A stretch of 53,268 nucleotides of DNA from Octopus bimaculoides. Its lineage: Eukaryota. Below, piece after piece: positions 10,835 through 22,349 of the stretch. A program made the position numbers and the translations under genes. The notes under the pieces were generated by a model. It ran no database searches. It saw nothing but the letters and a program-made list of their open reading frames with translations, and was not told where the DNA came from. The DNA lies in assembly GCF_001194135.2 (NCBI RefSeq), contig NC_069003.1:30206686-30259953 (forward strand). Direction: 5' to 3'. Each line of letters opens with the position of its first letter. Within the stretch, counting starts at the first letter, position 1.

Positions 10835-11014
10835 TATATATGAACTTAGGTTTATGAAAGCACCTCAAACAATTTTTTTGAACAAAAAAAAATCTTCAGT
10901 AACAAACAGTGTCTTGGATAAAGAACATGCAAGCCAACAGCAATAGTTGGCAACAAGCTGGGAGTGTTAGTGGAATAGTGTCAGTAGCTGTCTAGCTAGC
11001 CTTGTTCACATTCA

Positions 11015-11191
11015 GTGAAGGTATGTGGCTTAGTGGTCAGGGTGTTGGAATCAGGATTGTTAGACTGTGGTTTCAATTCCTGGACTGGGCAATGCGTTGC
11101 GTTCTTGAGCAAAACACTTCATTTCATGTTGCTCCAGTTCACTCAGCTGGCAAAAATGAGTAACCGTGTGATGGACTGGTGTCCCATCCAG
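11015..11191 (+). mobile_element. S4 SINE (CORE-like middle, start of beta tail)
   Basis: A box tggcttagtgg, B box ggtttcaattcc, ttcttgagcaaaacacttcatttcatgttgctccagttcactcagctg, gtgatggactggtgtcccatccag. Confidence 0.8.
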
Positions 11192-11239
11192 TTTTTGTTC
11201 ACCCAATCCACTCATAAGACTTTGTTCAGTTCGAGGATG

Positions 11240-11335
11240 TAATAAAAGATACTTGCCCAAGGTGCCATGCAACGGGACTGAACCTGAAACCATGTTGCTG
11301 GCAAGCAAATTTCTTAACATGCAACCACATCTGTG
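11240..11335 (-). mobile_element. S1 SINE, 5' fragment
   Basis: gatacttgcccaaggtgccatgcaacgggactgaacctgaaaccatg. Confidence 0.75.
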
Positions 11336-11369
11336 CCTGTCGCCATACCTGTATCTATTACCATTTGTT

Positions 11370-11676
11370 GCTGGTTCCTTCTCGAGCCATGCCTGGCTCA
11401 TAAGGGCTAGTTTTCTGGTTTCATTGGTGTGTAGGTTCCCCACCTGGACGGGATGCCAGTCCATCACAGGTGAGCTGCTAGATGCAGGAGGAAAGAATGA
11501 GAGAAAGTTGTGGCAAAAGAGTCAGCAGAAGTTCGCCATTGCCTTCTGCCAGAGCCAAAGTGGAGCTTAGGTGTTTCGCTCATAAACACACACACACACC
11601 GCCCAGTCTGAGATTCGAACCCATGATCCCTCAATCACGAGTCTGCTGCTCTAACCACTAGGCCATGTGCCTCCAC
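11370..11676 (-). mobile_element. S3-type head and body joined to the beta tail (chimeric SINE)
   Basis: S3-like gagagaaagttgtgg..ttaggtgtttcgctcataaacac..ctaaccactaggccatgtgcctccac, but the tail is cctggacgggatgccagtccatcac (beta). Confidence 0.75.
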
Positions 11677-11714
11677 ATCTATTACCAGTAGCAAAGGGAT
11701 ATTAAAATGATGTG

Positions 11715-11968
11715 CAGGTGGCACATAAAAAACACCATTTGAGCGAGGCTGTTGCCAGTACCGCCAGACTGGCCCTTATACCGGTGGCACGTAAAAAGCA
11801 CCCACTACACTCTCGGAGTGGTCGGCATTAGGAAGGGGGCATCCAGCTGTAGAAACTCTGCCAGATCAGATTGGAGTCTAGTGTAGCCATCCGCTTCGCC
11901 AGCCCCCAGTCAAATCGTCCAACCCATGCTAGCATGGAAAGTGGACGTTAAATGATGATGATGATGAT
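11715..11968 (+). mobile_element. S5 element with 2 modules
   Basis: ggtggcacataaaaaacaccatttgagcg...cactacactctcggagtgg...ggacgttaaatgatgatgat. Confidence 0.85.
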
Positions 11969-12284
11969 AAATTAATCACACTCTAATTATGACCTTAGTG
12001 TTTCTTATCAAGGCTACAAGGTCTTTTGTCATATCTCTCCACGAACAGAATTGATCTGGGTCTAAACAACAATATTAAGCCTTTGCATCATTAAATTTCA
12101 TGGTCATTCCTGTAACGATGTTAATTATCCACCCCAAAATAATTAGAATTGATAATTTCTGCTTCTGCAATATTTTTTTTCTGTATCTCCTGTAGGTATG
12201 TTTTTTTTTGTTTTTTTTTATCCGCTGCTAAAAAGTATTTGAGTCTTGCTCTGTAAAAAGATATTAGTTGATATATCTTTATAT

Positions 12285-12672
12285 CTTCTACTTGTTTCTG
12301 TCTTTAGACTGTGGCCATGCTGGAGCACTGCCTTGAAGAATGTTTAGTTGAATGAATCAACCACACTACTTTTTTTTTTTTTTATATATTCCTGATACTT
12401 ATTTCATTTGGTCTCTTTTTGCCGAACTGCTAAGCTATGGAGATGTAAACACACCGACACCAGTTATCAAGTGGTGATGTGGGGCAAATACACACACAGA
12501 TACATATACACACAGAGTAGGCTTCGTTCAGTTTCCATCTATCAAATCCACTTGGAAGGCTTTGGTCGGCCTGAAGCTATAGTAGAAGACACCTGCCCAA
12601 GGTGCCACACAGTGGGACTGAACCCAGACCTATCTGATTGGGAAGCAAGCTTCTTATCACACAGCCATGCAG
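12285..12672 (-). mobile_element. S1 SINE, near full length
   Basis: Reverse-complement S1 3' end, centre and head. Confidence 0.8.
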
Positions 12673-12694
12673 CCATGTTTTTCTTTTTTTAATT

Positions 12695-12920
12695 TTAAAA
12701 CCTGATCCTTATTCTATCATTCTCTTTTGCCTAACTGCTAAGTTATAGGAACATGGTAATGAAGGACAAGCACACATATGCGCACACAGCAGGCTTCTTC
12801 AGTTTCTGTCTGCCATATCCATCCTCAAAGCCTTTAGTCAGCCTTTGGCTATAGTAGAAGACACTTGCCTCGGGTGCCGCGCAGACTGAACTCAGAACCA
12901 TGTGCTTGTGAAGCAACCAC
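12695..12920 (-). mobile_element. S1 SINE, degenerate and internally deleted
   Basis: cttattctatc..ctaagttat..ctatagtagaagacacttgcc..gaactcagaaccatgtg. Confidence 0.65.
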
Positions 12921-12947
12921 ATATGTGCCGATATAACCGATGTCCTA

Positions 12948-13400
12948 AGGCAGCGAGCTGGCAGAATCGTTAGCAGGCTGGGCGAAATGCTTAGCGGTAT
13001 TTCATCTGTCTTTACATTCTGAGTTCAAATTCTGCCGAGGTCGACTGTACCTTTTGTCCTTTCGGGGTCGATTAAATACCAGTTGCGTGCTGAGGTTGAT
13101 CTAATCAACTGGCCCCCCCTCACCACAAATTTCAGGCCTTATGCTTAGAGCAGAAAAGAATATATGCCTATATAATTGATGTCCTAAGACAGCGAGCTGG
13201 CAGAATCATTAGCAGGCTGGGCGAAATGCTTAGCGGTATTTCATCTGTCTTTACATTCTGAGTTCAAATTCCACCGAGGTTGACTTTGCCTTTTATCCTT
13301 TCAGGGTCGATAAATTAAGTACCAGTTGCATACTGGAGTTGATCTTATCAACTGGCCTCCTCCCCAAAAATTTTAGGTCTTGTGCCTAGAGTAGAAAAAT
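12948..13400 (+). mobile_element. Head-to-tail S2 SINE dimer (12948-13160 and 13187-13400)
   Basis: Two S2 copies; flank tataa(cc/tt/ct)gatg(t/c)ccta occurs at 12932, 13171 and 13402. Confidence 0.85.
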
Positions 13401-13764
13401 ATATAACTGATGCCCTATAAATATTAACCAAAGGTACTCTGGCAAACTAATCAAATGTGAGATTTATTTCTCTCACGTACACTTAACACTAACTATGCAC
13501 AGCTAGACACGACACTTTAAAAGTCACTTGGGACTTAAGAGACGTTTTTAACTTTCACGGTTCCGCTAATGCTTAACCATTTGCTCAGCAGTTAATTCTA
13601 AACTCTTTTAATACGAACCCACCTGAGACTGCCTGTAATTTTTTGAATACAAACTTAAATAGAAATAATGTGAATTTATACCTTCCATTAATATTTCATG
13701 TTAATTTTTGTGTCTGACATCAGTTTAATGATGATAACATTTATTTTCCTGAATTCTGTTAATT

Positions 13765-13927
13765 CTGTTAATTATGATTTTAATCAAAATATTCCCCTCT
13801 CAGATTCACTCCCTTATTGCTGTGGTCCTTCAGCTTTTCTGAGCCCTGTAAAGGAATTCAGAGGGTTTGGCCTGTAACCAGGTCTTTCTTGATTCCCTTA
13901 AAGTCAAGAACTTTTCAGCACCCTACT
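13765..13927. mobile_element. mariner-like MITE, partial
   Basis: Colinear with 31505-31650 (gttaattatgatttt...cttattgctg.ggtccttcag...cccttaaag..aagaacttttcagcacc). Confidence 0.7.
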
Positions 13928-13949
13928 CTATGTCTGTGTGTATATATAT

Positions 13950-14272
13950 ACTCTTTTACTTGTTTCAGTCATTTGACTGCTTATTCTATCGGTCTCTTTT
14001 GCCGAACCGCTAAGTTATGGGGACGTAAACACACCAGCATTGGTTGTCAAGCAATGTTGGGGAGACAAACGCAGACACACATACACATATACATATATAT
14101 ACATATATACGACGGGCTTCTTTCAGTTTCCGTCTACTAAATCCACTCACAAGGCTTTGGTCGGCCCGAGGCTATAGTAGAAGACACTTGCCCAAGATGC
14201 CACGCAGAGGGACGGAACCTGGAACCATGTGGTTGGTAAGCAAGCTACTTACCACACAGCCACTCCTGCGTC
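13950..14272 (-). mobile_element. S1 SINE with an internal deletion
   Basis: High similarity to 52877-53048 and 44750-45045 in reverse orientation. Confidence 0.88.
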
Positions 14273-15992
14273 TATGACTTCAGTAGAAAATTACTCTCCC
14301 AATGTGTCATACAGTAGGACTGAACCCAGAACCATGTGGTTGGGAAGCAAACTTCTTACAGCTACCCTTGCCATTTTTGTAATTTGTACTTGTAATGTCT
14401 CTTTATCTATTGCCCTTGTGGCAGATCAATTCATTATTATTATTGTTGTGGTTGCTGTTGTTCAACATCTGGTTTCAAGAAGAGTTGAAACCTGGCTGCA
14501 TATTTTCAGAAGTTTCTTTAATTCTTGAGAACGGTAACCTTTTCATGAAAAATACCTCGTTCTCTCACAGAGATATTTTCGTAGCATTTAAAGTGTCCTT
14601 GCTTCCCTNNNNNNNNNNNNNNNNNNNNNNNNNNNNNNNNNNNNNNNNNNNNNNNNNNNNNNNNNNNNNNNNNNNNNNNNNNNNNNNNNNNNNNNNNNNN
14701 NNNNNNNNNNNNNNNNNNNNNNNNNNNNNNNNNNNNNNNNNNNNNNNNNNNNNNNNNNNNNNNNNNNNNNNNNNNNNNNNNNNNNNNNNNNNNNNNNNNN
14801 NNNNNNNNNNNNNNNNNNNNNNNNNNNNNNNNNNNNNNNNNNNNNNNNNNNNNNNNNNNNNNNNNNNNNNNNNNNNNNNNNNNNNNNNNNNNNNNNNNNN
14901 NNNNNNNNNNNNNNNNNNNNNNNNNNNNNNNNNNNNNNNNNNNNNNNNNNNNNNNNNNNNNNNNNNNNNNNNNNNNNNNNNNNNNNNNNNNNNNNNNNNN
15001 NNNNNNNNNNNNNNNNNNNNNNNNNNNNNNNNNNNNNNNNNNNNNNNNNNNNNNNNNNNNNNNNNNNNNNNNNNNNNNNNNNNNNNNNNNNNNNNNNNNN
15101 NNNNNNNNNNNNNNNNNNNNNNNNNNNNNNNNNNNNNNNNNNNNNNNNNNNNNNNNNNNNNNNNNNNNNNNNNNNNNNNNNNNNNNNNNNNNNNNNNNNN
15201 NNNNNNNNNNNNNNNNNNNNNNNNNNNNNNNNNNNNNNNNNNNNNNNNNNNNNNNNNNNNNNNNNNNNNNNNNNNNNNNNNNNNNNNNNNNNNNNNNNNN
15301 NNNNNNNNNNNNNNNNNNNNNNNNNNNNNNNNNNNNNNNNNNNNNNNNNNNNNNNNNNNNNNNNNNNNNNNNNNNNNNNNNNNNNNNNNNNNNNNNNNNN
15401 NNNNNNNNNNNNNNNNNNNNNNNNNNNNNNNNNNNNNNNNNNNNNNNNNNNNNNNNNNNNNNNNNNNNNNNNNNNNNNNNNNNNNNNNNNNNNNNNNNNN
15501 NNNNNNNNNNNNNNNNNNNNNNNNNNNNNNNNNNNNNNNNNNNNNNNNNNNNNNNNNNNNNNNNNNNNNNNNNNNNNNNNNNNNNNCTTTTTTTTTTTTT
15601 TTTTCACCCTTATAGTACCTTAGGGTACTTTAGTATGCCTGGCACATTTTCTCTGTAGAGATAATTTGCAGTGCTGCTACTGGTGGTGATGGTGGTGGTG
15701 GATCTCTTTATCTATCAAAATAGAATTTTGTATATTATTTTATTGGTCGCTGTTGTTGGCAAATGTAGACGCTGGCCTGGCTGTGTGGTGAAACTTTTGC
15801 TTCCCAACCACACAGTTTGGGGTTCAACCCGATTGTGTGGAAACCTCGGGCAAGTGTCTTCTTCTATAGCCCTGATCCAACTTACCTTCTTTTTTGTGTT
15901 ATGTCTCTTTTGACTTTATGTTGACTGGGGTTGATCTAAATGATTAGTCCCTTCCCCCAAAAATTTTGGGCCTTGTGCCTGGAGTAGAAAAG

Positions 15993-16033
<41 letters not shown>

Positions 16034-16042
16034 CATCATCAA

Positions 16043-16262
16043 AAGGGCGGTGAGCTGGCAGAATTGTTAGCACACCGAGCGGAATGCTTAGCAGTATTTT
16101 GTCTGACTTCACTTTCTGAGTTCAAATTCCGCTGAGGTCGACTTTGCCTTTCATCCTTTCGGGGTCAATAAATTAAATACCAGTCGAGTACTGAGGTTGA
16201 TGTAATCAGCTTACTCTCTCCCACAAAATTTCAGGCTTTGTGCCGATAGTAGAAAGGGTTAT
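16043..16262 (+). mobile_element. S2 SINE following an S2 3' fragment and (TTA)n
   Basis: ggcggtgagctggcagaattgttagcac...cctttcggggtcaataaattaaataccag...gtagaaagggttattatt. Confidence 0.85.
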
Positions 16263-16304
16263 TATTATTATCACCATTATTATTATTATTATTATTATCA
16301 TTTT

Positions 16305-16535
16305 GAGTATGGCCATTGCCAGTACCGCCTGACTGGCTTTTGTGCCGGTGGCACGTAAAAGCACCCACTACACTCTCGGAGTGGTTGGCGTTAGGAAGGG
16401 CATCCAGCTGTAGAAACTCTGCCAAATCAGATTGGAGCCTGGTGCAGCCATCTGGTTCACCAGTCCTCAGTCAAATCGTCCAACCCATGCTAGCATGGAA
16501 AGCGGACGTTAAACGATGATGATGATGATGATGAT
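16305..16535 (+). mobile_element. S5 element, 1 module
   Basis: ttgccagtaccgcctgactggc..gtgccggtggcacgtaaaagcacccactacactctcgg...gcggacgttaaacgatgatgat. Confidence 0.88.
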
Positions 16536-17172
16536 ATTCATCTTGTTCTTTTAGTCCATGCAAAAACCCCAAAACAAACTACCCCCTTTTGTTTCTTTCT
16601 TGTCGGTTGTTTTGCCTTTGTATTTTGTCTTTGTCTTCCACACACACAAAGAAACACACGCCATTTCTGTTGCTATCGCCATCTCTGTTGCAGTTGCTAT
16701 CGTTCAGTCTTGGAGGGCTTCAGGAAAGAAAAGAAATTCAAAGAAAGCTATGGGTACTACAACTAAGCGCCCACCCACACCCCCGTATCTTCAGACAAAC
16801 TAATTAACACCCTCCCCACTCGCACCCACGACCCTTCTTTGTCTCTCTCTCCTTCTCCATCCTGTCACAAATTTACCCACTACTACCGGCGGCGGCGGCG
16901 GCTGCGCTTGTATCTGCCCTGCTTTCATTATTAATTGGTTTGTTAGCTATGTTCCTCAGACTTATTCCTCAGAGATATTTCCTGAGACAGTCATTAGCAA
17001 TTCCATAACTCTTGTTGTGTCCGTTTTCCACTCGAGAGCAGGAAAGCTGTCTTTTAAGTAGAACCTGCCTAATAACTTTACCTAGTATCACTGGTTTTGG
17101 TCGTATGTTACTTTTTTTTTCTGTTTGTTTCTTTCAGAGTATTGTTTTTATTATTACTATTATTATTAATAC

Positions 17173-17239
<67 letters not shown>

Positions 17240-17365
17240 GTTGTTGTTGTTGTTGTTGTTAGCAAGTTAGGCTGTGCTGAGTGTTTTTCTAGTCTGTCCA
17301 GTTCTGCTCTATTTACGATTGTTTAAGAAGAATTGGTGGAATGATACACATATACGCGTGCGTGC

Positions 17366-17398
<33 letters not shown>

Positions 17399-17773
17399 GT
17401 GATGGTTTTCCATTTTGTGAATGATGCAACGAGTGTTTAGTAGACTTCACATGTGAAGAAACATACCCTACATATGTTAATTGTATCTATCTATCTAATA
17501 TATATATATATATATATATGTGTATGTGGGTGAGAGAGAGAGAGAGAGTGCATGTGTATATATGTGTATATGTATACGTGTGTGTTTGTCTATCTGTCTA
17601 TAGAGAGTGCTCTTGTATACACCCACACATTCACGTGCATGTGTGAAGCAAGAATTATAAAGATTGCCCCGAAAATAAACCAATTTTTCTGAGCCAGGTG
17701 TGATGTCTGCAGAAGTTTAAGAATATGAAATTTGCTATTTATATACAATATATTCATTATTATTATTATAATA

Positions 17774-18192
17774 AAGGCGGCGAACTAGCAGAATCGTTAG
17801 CACGCCGGGCAAAATGCTTAGCGGTATTTCGTTGAAATTCTACCGAGCTCCACTTTGCCAGTCATCTTTTGGAGGTTAATAAATTAAGTACCAGTTACGC
17901 ACTGGGGTCGATGTAATTGACTATTCCCCTCCCTACGAATTTCAGGCCATGTGCCTTTAATAGAAAAGATTATTATTGAGGCAACGAGTTGGCAGAAGCA
18001 TTAGCATACTGGACAGAATGCTTAGTGGCAATTTGTCCATGTTTATGTTCTGGGTTCAAATTCTGTTGCGGTCAGTTTTGCTTTTTAATTCTTTCGGGGG
18101 TTGATAAAATAAGTACCAGTTGAGCACTGGGGTCTATGATGTATTCAGCTTCTCTTTCCCTCAAAAATGCTTTGTCCCAAAATTTGAAATGA
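17774..18192 (+). mobile_element. Two tandem S2 SINEs (about 17774-17970 and 17978-18192)
   Basis: ggcggcgaactagcagaatcgttagcacgcc and ggcaacgagttggcagaagcattagcatac heads, separated by attattatt. Confidence 0.8.
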
Positions 18193-18260
<68 letters not shown>

Positions 18261-18288
18261 GTTGTTGTTGTTGTTGTTNNNNNNNNNN

Positions 18289-18368
<80 letters not shown>

Positions 18369-18677
18369 CATCATGGCATCCTTTCACATTAACTATATCG
18401 GAGAAATGCATGCTGCAATTGCTATGACACATTATTAATGGTAGCGAGCTCTACTGAATACATTTGGTAGCAGTAGATCTACTGCATGTCTAGTTGCAGT
18501 AGATCTACTGTAAACTGAAGGGATTTGACCTGTAATTACATACTCAACTGGCTCTGGTTCACTTTTTTTTTTTCTTAAAAAGCGTCCGGTATGTTACATT
18601 GTACATTTAGTGGAGGACATTGGACTCGGTGGGAGCAATGATGACGATCATCATTTTGCCAATGCCATCAATAACAT

Positions 18678-18708
<31 letters not shown>

Positions 18709-19032
18709 AAGGATCATGTTGCTTATGTGGCTCCTGATGCTGTGTATCCCTGCCTCTCCCAGTACAATCATGATGACTATGATGTCTTGTCAAGATCAAC
18801 TGATAAATTGACAAAGCATTTGTGAAAATCAGGGTTTGGCAGACAGAGAGAGAGAGAGAGAGAGAGAGAGGCAGACAGTGACTGAAAGAAAGAAAGAGAG
18901 CGGTAAACAGACTGAAAGAGAGTTGGAGTGTTAGCATTGTTTGATAGTAATTTGTATTGTTAGAACTGGGTGCTCCGTCGGTTACAAGGATGAGTGTATC
19001 GGTTGATTTTGATCAACAGAGCAGCCAGCTCT

Positions 19033-19965
19033 TGAAATTCTTAACCAATCAGCTTTGCTTGTGCCTGTTGGAATTTAGAGGTCTAGACCAGTGCCTCCAC
19101 TACCTTTTTTTCACTTACAGAACTCTTATATTCTAAAGGGACGGGANNNNNNNNNNNNNNNNNNNNNNNNNNNNNNNNNNNNNNNNNNNNNNNNNNNNNN
19201 NNNNNNNNNNNNNNNNNNNNNNNNNNNNNNNNNNNNNNNNNNNNNNNNNNNNNNNNNNNNNNNNNNNNNNNNNNNNNNNNNNNNNNNNNNNNNNNNNNNN
19301 NNNNNNNNNNNNNNNNNNNNNNNNNNNNNNNNNNNNNNNNNNNNNNNNNNNNNNNNNNNNNNNNNNNNNNNNNNNNNNNNNNNNNNNNNNNNNNNNNNNN
19401 NNNNNNNNNNNNNNNNNNNNNNNNNNNNNNNNNNNNNNNNNNNNNNNNNNNNNNNNNNNNNNNNNNNNNNNNNNNNNNNNNNNNNNNNNNNNNNNNNNNN
19501 NNNNNNNNNNNNNNNNNNNNNNNNNNNNNNAACCAATCAGCTTTGCTTGTGCCTGTTGGAATTTAGAGGTCTAGACCAGTGCCTCCACTACCTTTTTTTC
19601 ACTTACAGAACTCTTATATTCTAAAGGGACGGGAGATGGATGAAATTCTTGGCCAATCAGCTTTGCTTGTGCCTGTTGGAATTTAGAGCTCTAGACCAGT
19701 GCCTCCACTACCTTTTTTTCACTTACAGAACTCTTATATTCTAAAGGGACGGGAGATGGATGAAATTCTTGGCCAATCAGCTTTGCTNNNNNNNNNNCTC
19801 TAGACCAGTGCCACCACTACCTTTTTTTCACTTACAGAACTCTTATATTCTAAAGGGACGGGGGGATGGATGAAATTCTTGACCAATCAGCTTTGCTTGT
19901 GCCTGTTGGAATTTAGAGCTCTAGACCAGTGCTCCCACAACCTTTTTTTCACTTACAGTAGTCCT
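19033..19965. repeat. 120-bp tandem satellite, about 8 units, partly in gaps
   Basis: ccaatcagctttgc at 19045, 19533, 19653, 19773 and 19883; period 120 between gap-free units. Confidence 0.92.
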
Positions 19966-20342
19966 ATATTCTAAAAACTAACTAAAAATATATCTAAAAG
20001 TATAGGGGGAAAAAATTATATTTTGGTGACATTGTGGCACACTTAGCTTCATTGCATGGCACACCAGTTGCAGATCACTGGTCCACAGAGTGGTCTAGAA
20101 ACCATTATGAGTACCATTATGGAGGTTAATCCAGTCTACAGACTGGATACCATAGATCTCTGCAACCTTTTTCTCATTTGTGGTTCATTTATATTCTTTT
20201 CAAAATCCCGTGGCACACCTGAACCAAAAATATATCTAAAAGTATATAAAAAAAAAAAATTATATTCAGGTTACACTGCGATGCACCTAGCATCGTCTTG
20301 TGGCACACTAGTGTGCAGCGGCACACGGGTTGCGGAGCACTA
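19927..20342. mobile_element. hAT (Charlie/Buster-like) composite MITE with an 8-bp TSD
   Basis: CTCTAGAC|CAGTGCTCCCACAACC ... GGGTTGCGGAGCACTA|CTCTAGAC; ggcacac subterminal motifs; two internal copies of the same unit. Confidence 0.75.
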
Positions 20343-20829
20343 CTCTAGACATTTATCTTGGGGTAAAAAAATCTTTCACTTCATGACATCAGCAAAAATT
20401 TCTGCCATAAACAGACAAAAAAAAAAAATGCAATTTTTGTGTGTTTTCCTTTTTTCTTTCAAACATTTTACTTTTTTATTTTTCTTTAACTTTCTTTGAA
20501 TTCTTTCCTTGTTTTTTTCTTTGTAATTCATTTATTTGTTGTTATTTTGTTTTGTTTCAATATTACGTTTTGGGTATATTTTTTTGTACATTTTCTTTTT
20601 ATTATGTTTTCTTTTTGCGAATTTATGTTACTTTTGTTTTTGACAATCAGTTTTATCAAACCATGAGATCTAAGTCAGCGACAACTGATACAAACACACT
20701 AGGATCACACACACACACGTACGCACACATACACACATGTGCAAATGCATAGACTTACATATGAGCCCACATGTACTCACACACACACATACAAGCATAC
20801 ATGTGCACTCTCTCACACATGCACACACA

Positions 20830-21790
20830 CACATATATATGAGCACACATGTACACACAAATATATATATATCCACACACACACATATATATGAGCACAC
20901 ATGTACACACAAATATATATATATCCACACACATGTATATATATGAGCACACATGTACACGCAAATATATATATATCCACACACATGTATATATATGAGC
21001 ACACATGTACACACAAATATATATATATCCACACACATGTATATATATGAGCACACATGTACACACAAATATATATATATATCCACACACATGTATATAT
21101 ANNNNNNNNNNNNNNNNNNNNNNNNNNNNNNNNNNNNNNNNNNNNNNNNNNNNNNNNNNNNNNNNNNNNNNNNNNNNNNNNNNNNNNNNNNNNNNNNNNN
21201 NNNNNNNNNNNNNNNNNNNNNNNNNNNNNNNNNNNNNNNNNNNNNNNNNNNNNNNNNNNNNNNNNNNNNNNNNNNNNNNNNNNNNNNNNNNNNNNNNNNN
21301 NNNNNNNNNNNNNNNNNNNNNNNNNNNNNNNNNNNNNNNNNNNNNNNNNNNNNNNNNNNNNNNNNNNNNNNNNNNNNNNNNNNNNNNNNNNNNNNNNNNN
21401 NNNNNNNNNNNNNNNNNNNNNNNNNNNNNNNNNNNNNNNNNNNNNNNNNNNNNNNNNNNNNNNNNNNNNNNNNNNNNNNNNNNNNNNNNNNNNNNNNNNN
21501 NNNNATATATATGAGCACACATGTACACACAAATATATATATATCCACACACATGTATATATATGAGCACACATGTACACGCAAATATATATATATCCAC
21601 ACACATGTATATATATGAGCACACATGTACACACAAATATATATATATCCACACACATGTATATATATGAGCACACATGTACACACAAATATATATATCC
21701 ACACACATGTATATATATGAGCACACATGTACACACAGATATATATATATCCACACACATGTATATATATGAGCACACATGTACAGACAC
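20830..21790. repeat. 52-bp purine/pyrimidine-alternating minisatellite spanning a gap
   Basis: Unit gagcacacatgtacacacaaatatatatatatccacacacatgtatatatat; ORF starts at 20953, 21005 and 21057 show period 52. Confidence 0.95.
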
Positions 21791-22349
21791 ACATATACAT
21801 ATGTACACGCACATGAACATATGAGCACACATGTACACACATACGATCTCACATGTACACACACATGAGCACATGTGCACTCAAACACATGCACACACAT
21901 ATACTTACACATGAGCACATGTACACTCACTCACTCACACATGCATGCACGCATGCACTCACTCACATACGAGGGCATGGCCTGACACATTCCCCCCCCC
22001 CCCNNNNNNNNNNNNNNNNNNNNNNNNNNNCGCCATCATCTCTCTCACTACCACTCTCTTTATCTTAACCTCCAACTCTCTCTTTACTACTCTACAGCAT
22101 GACACCTATACCTGTCTCCTCTATATCTTAAATCTCTCAATTGACACAAAGCCACACCCACTCAACACTCCTCCTCCACCTCAATACTATTACTATCCCC
22201 CCCATCCCAGTTGAGGGTTTTTGTCTTGCAAGATACTCCATGACCCTGTTGGTGCTGGTGCCACATAAAAAGCACCGGTGAGGCTTCCACATAAAAAAAA
22301 GCACCACTGAGCACCACATTAAAAGCGCATTTTTTGTGAGAGAATTTTA

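Noticed and set aside
16587-16717. Minus-strand frame PPRLNDSNCNRDGDSNRNG.. that is phase-compatible with the 24521 exon
   Set aside because: AAG acceptor and weak donor; the composition is explained by a T-rich low-complexity plus strand.
18610-18825. Acidic 71-aa ORF with poly-Asp
   Set aside because: Driven by a (GAT)n microsatellite, GTG start, weak splice context and no recognisable motif.
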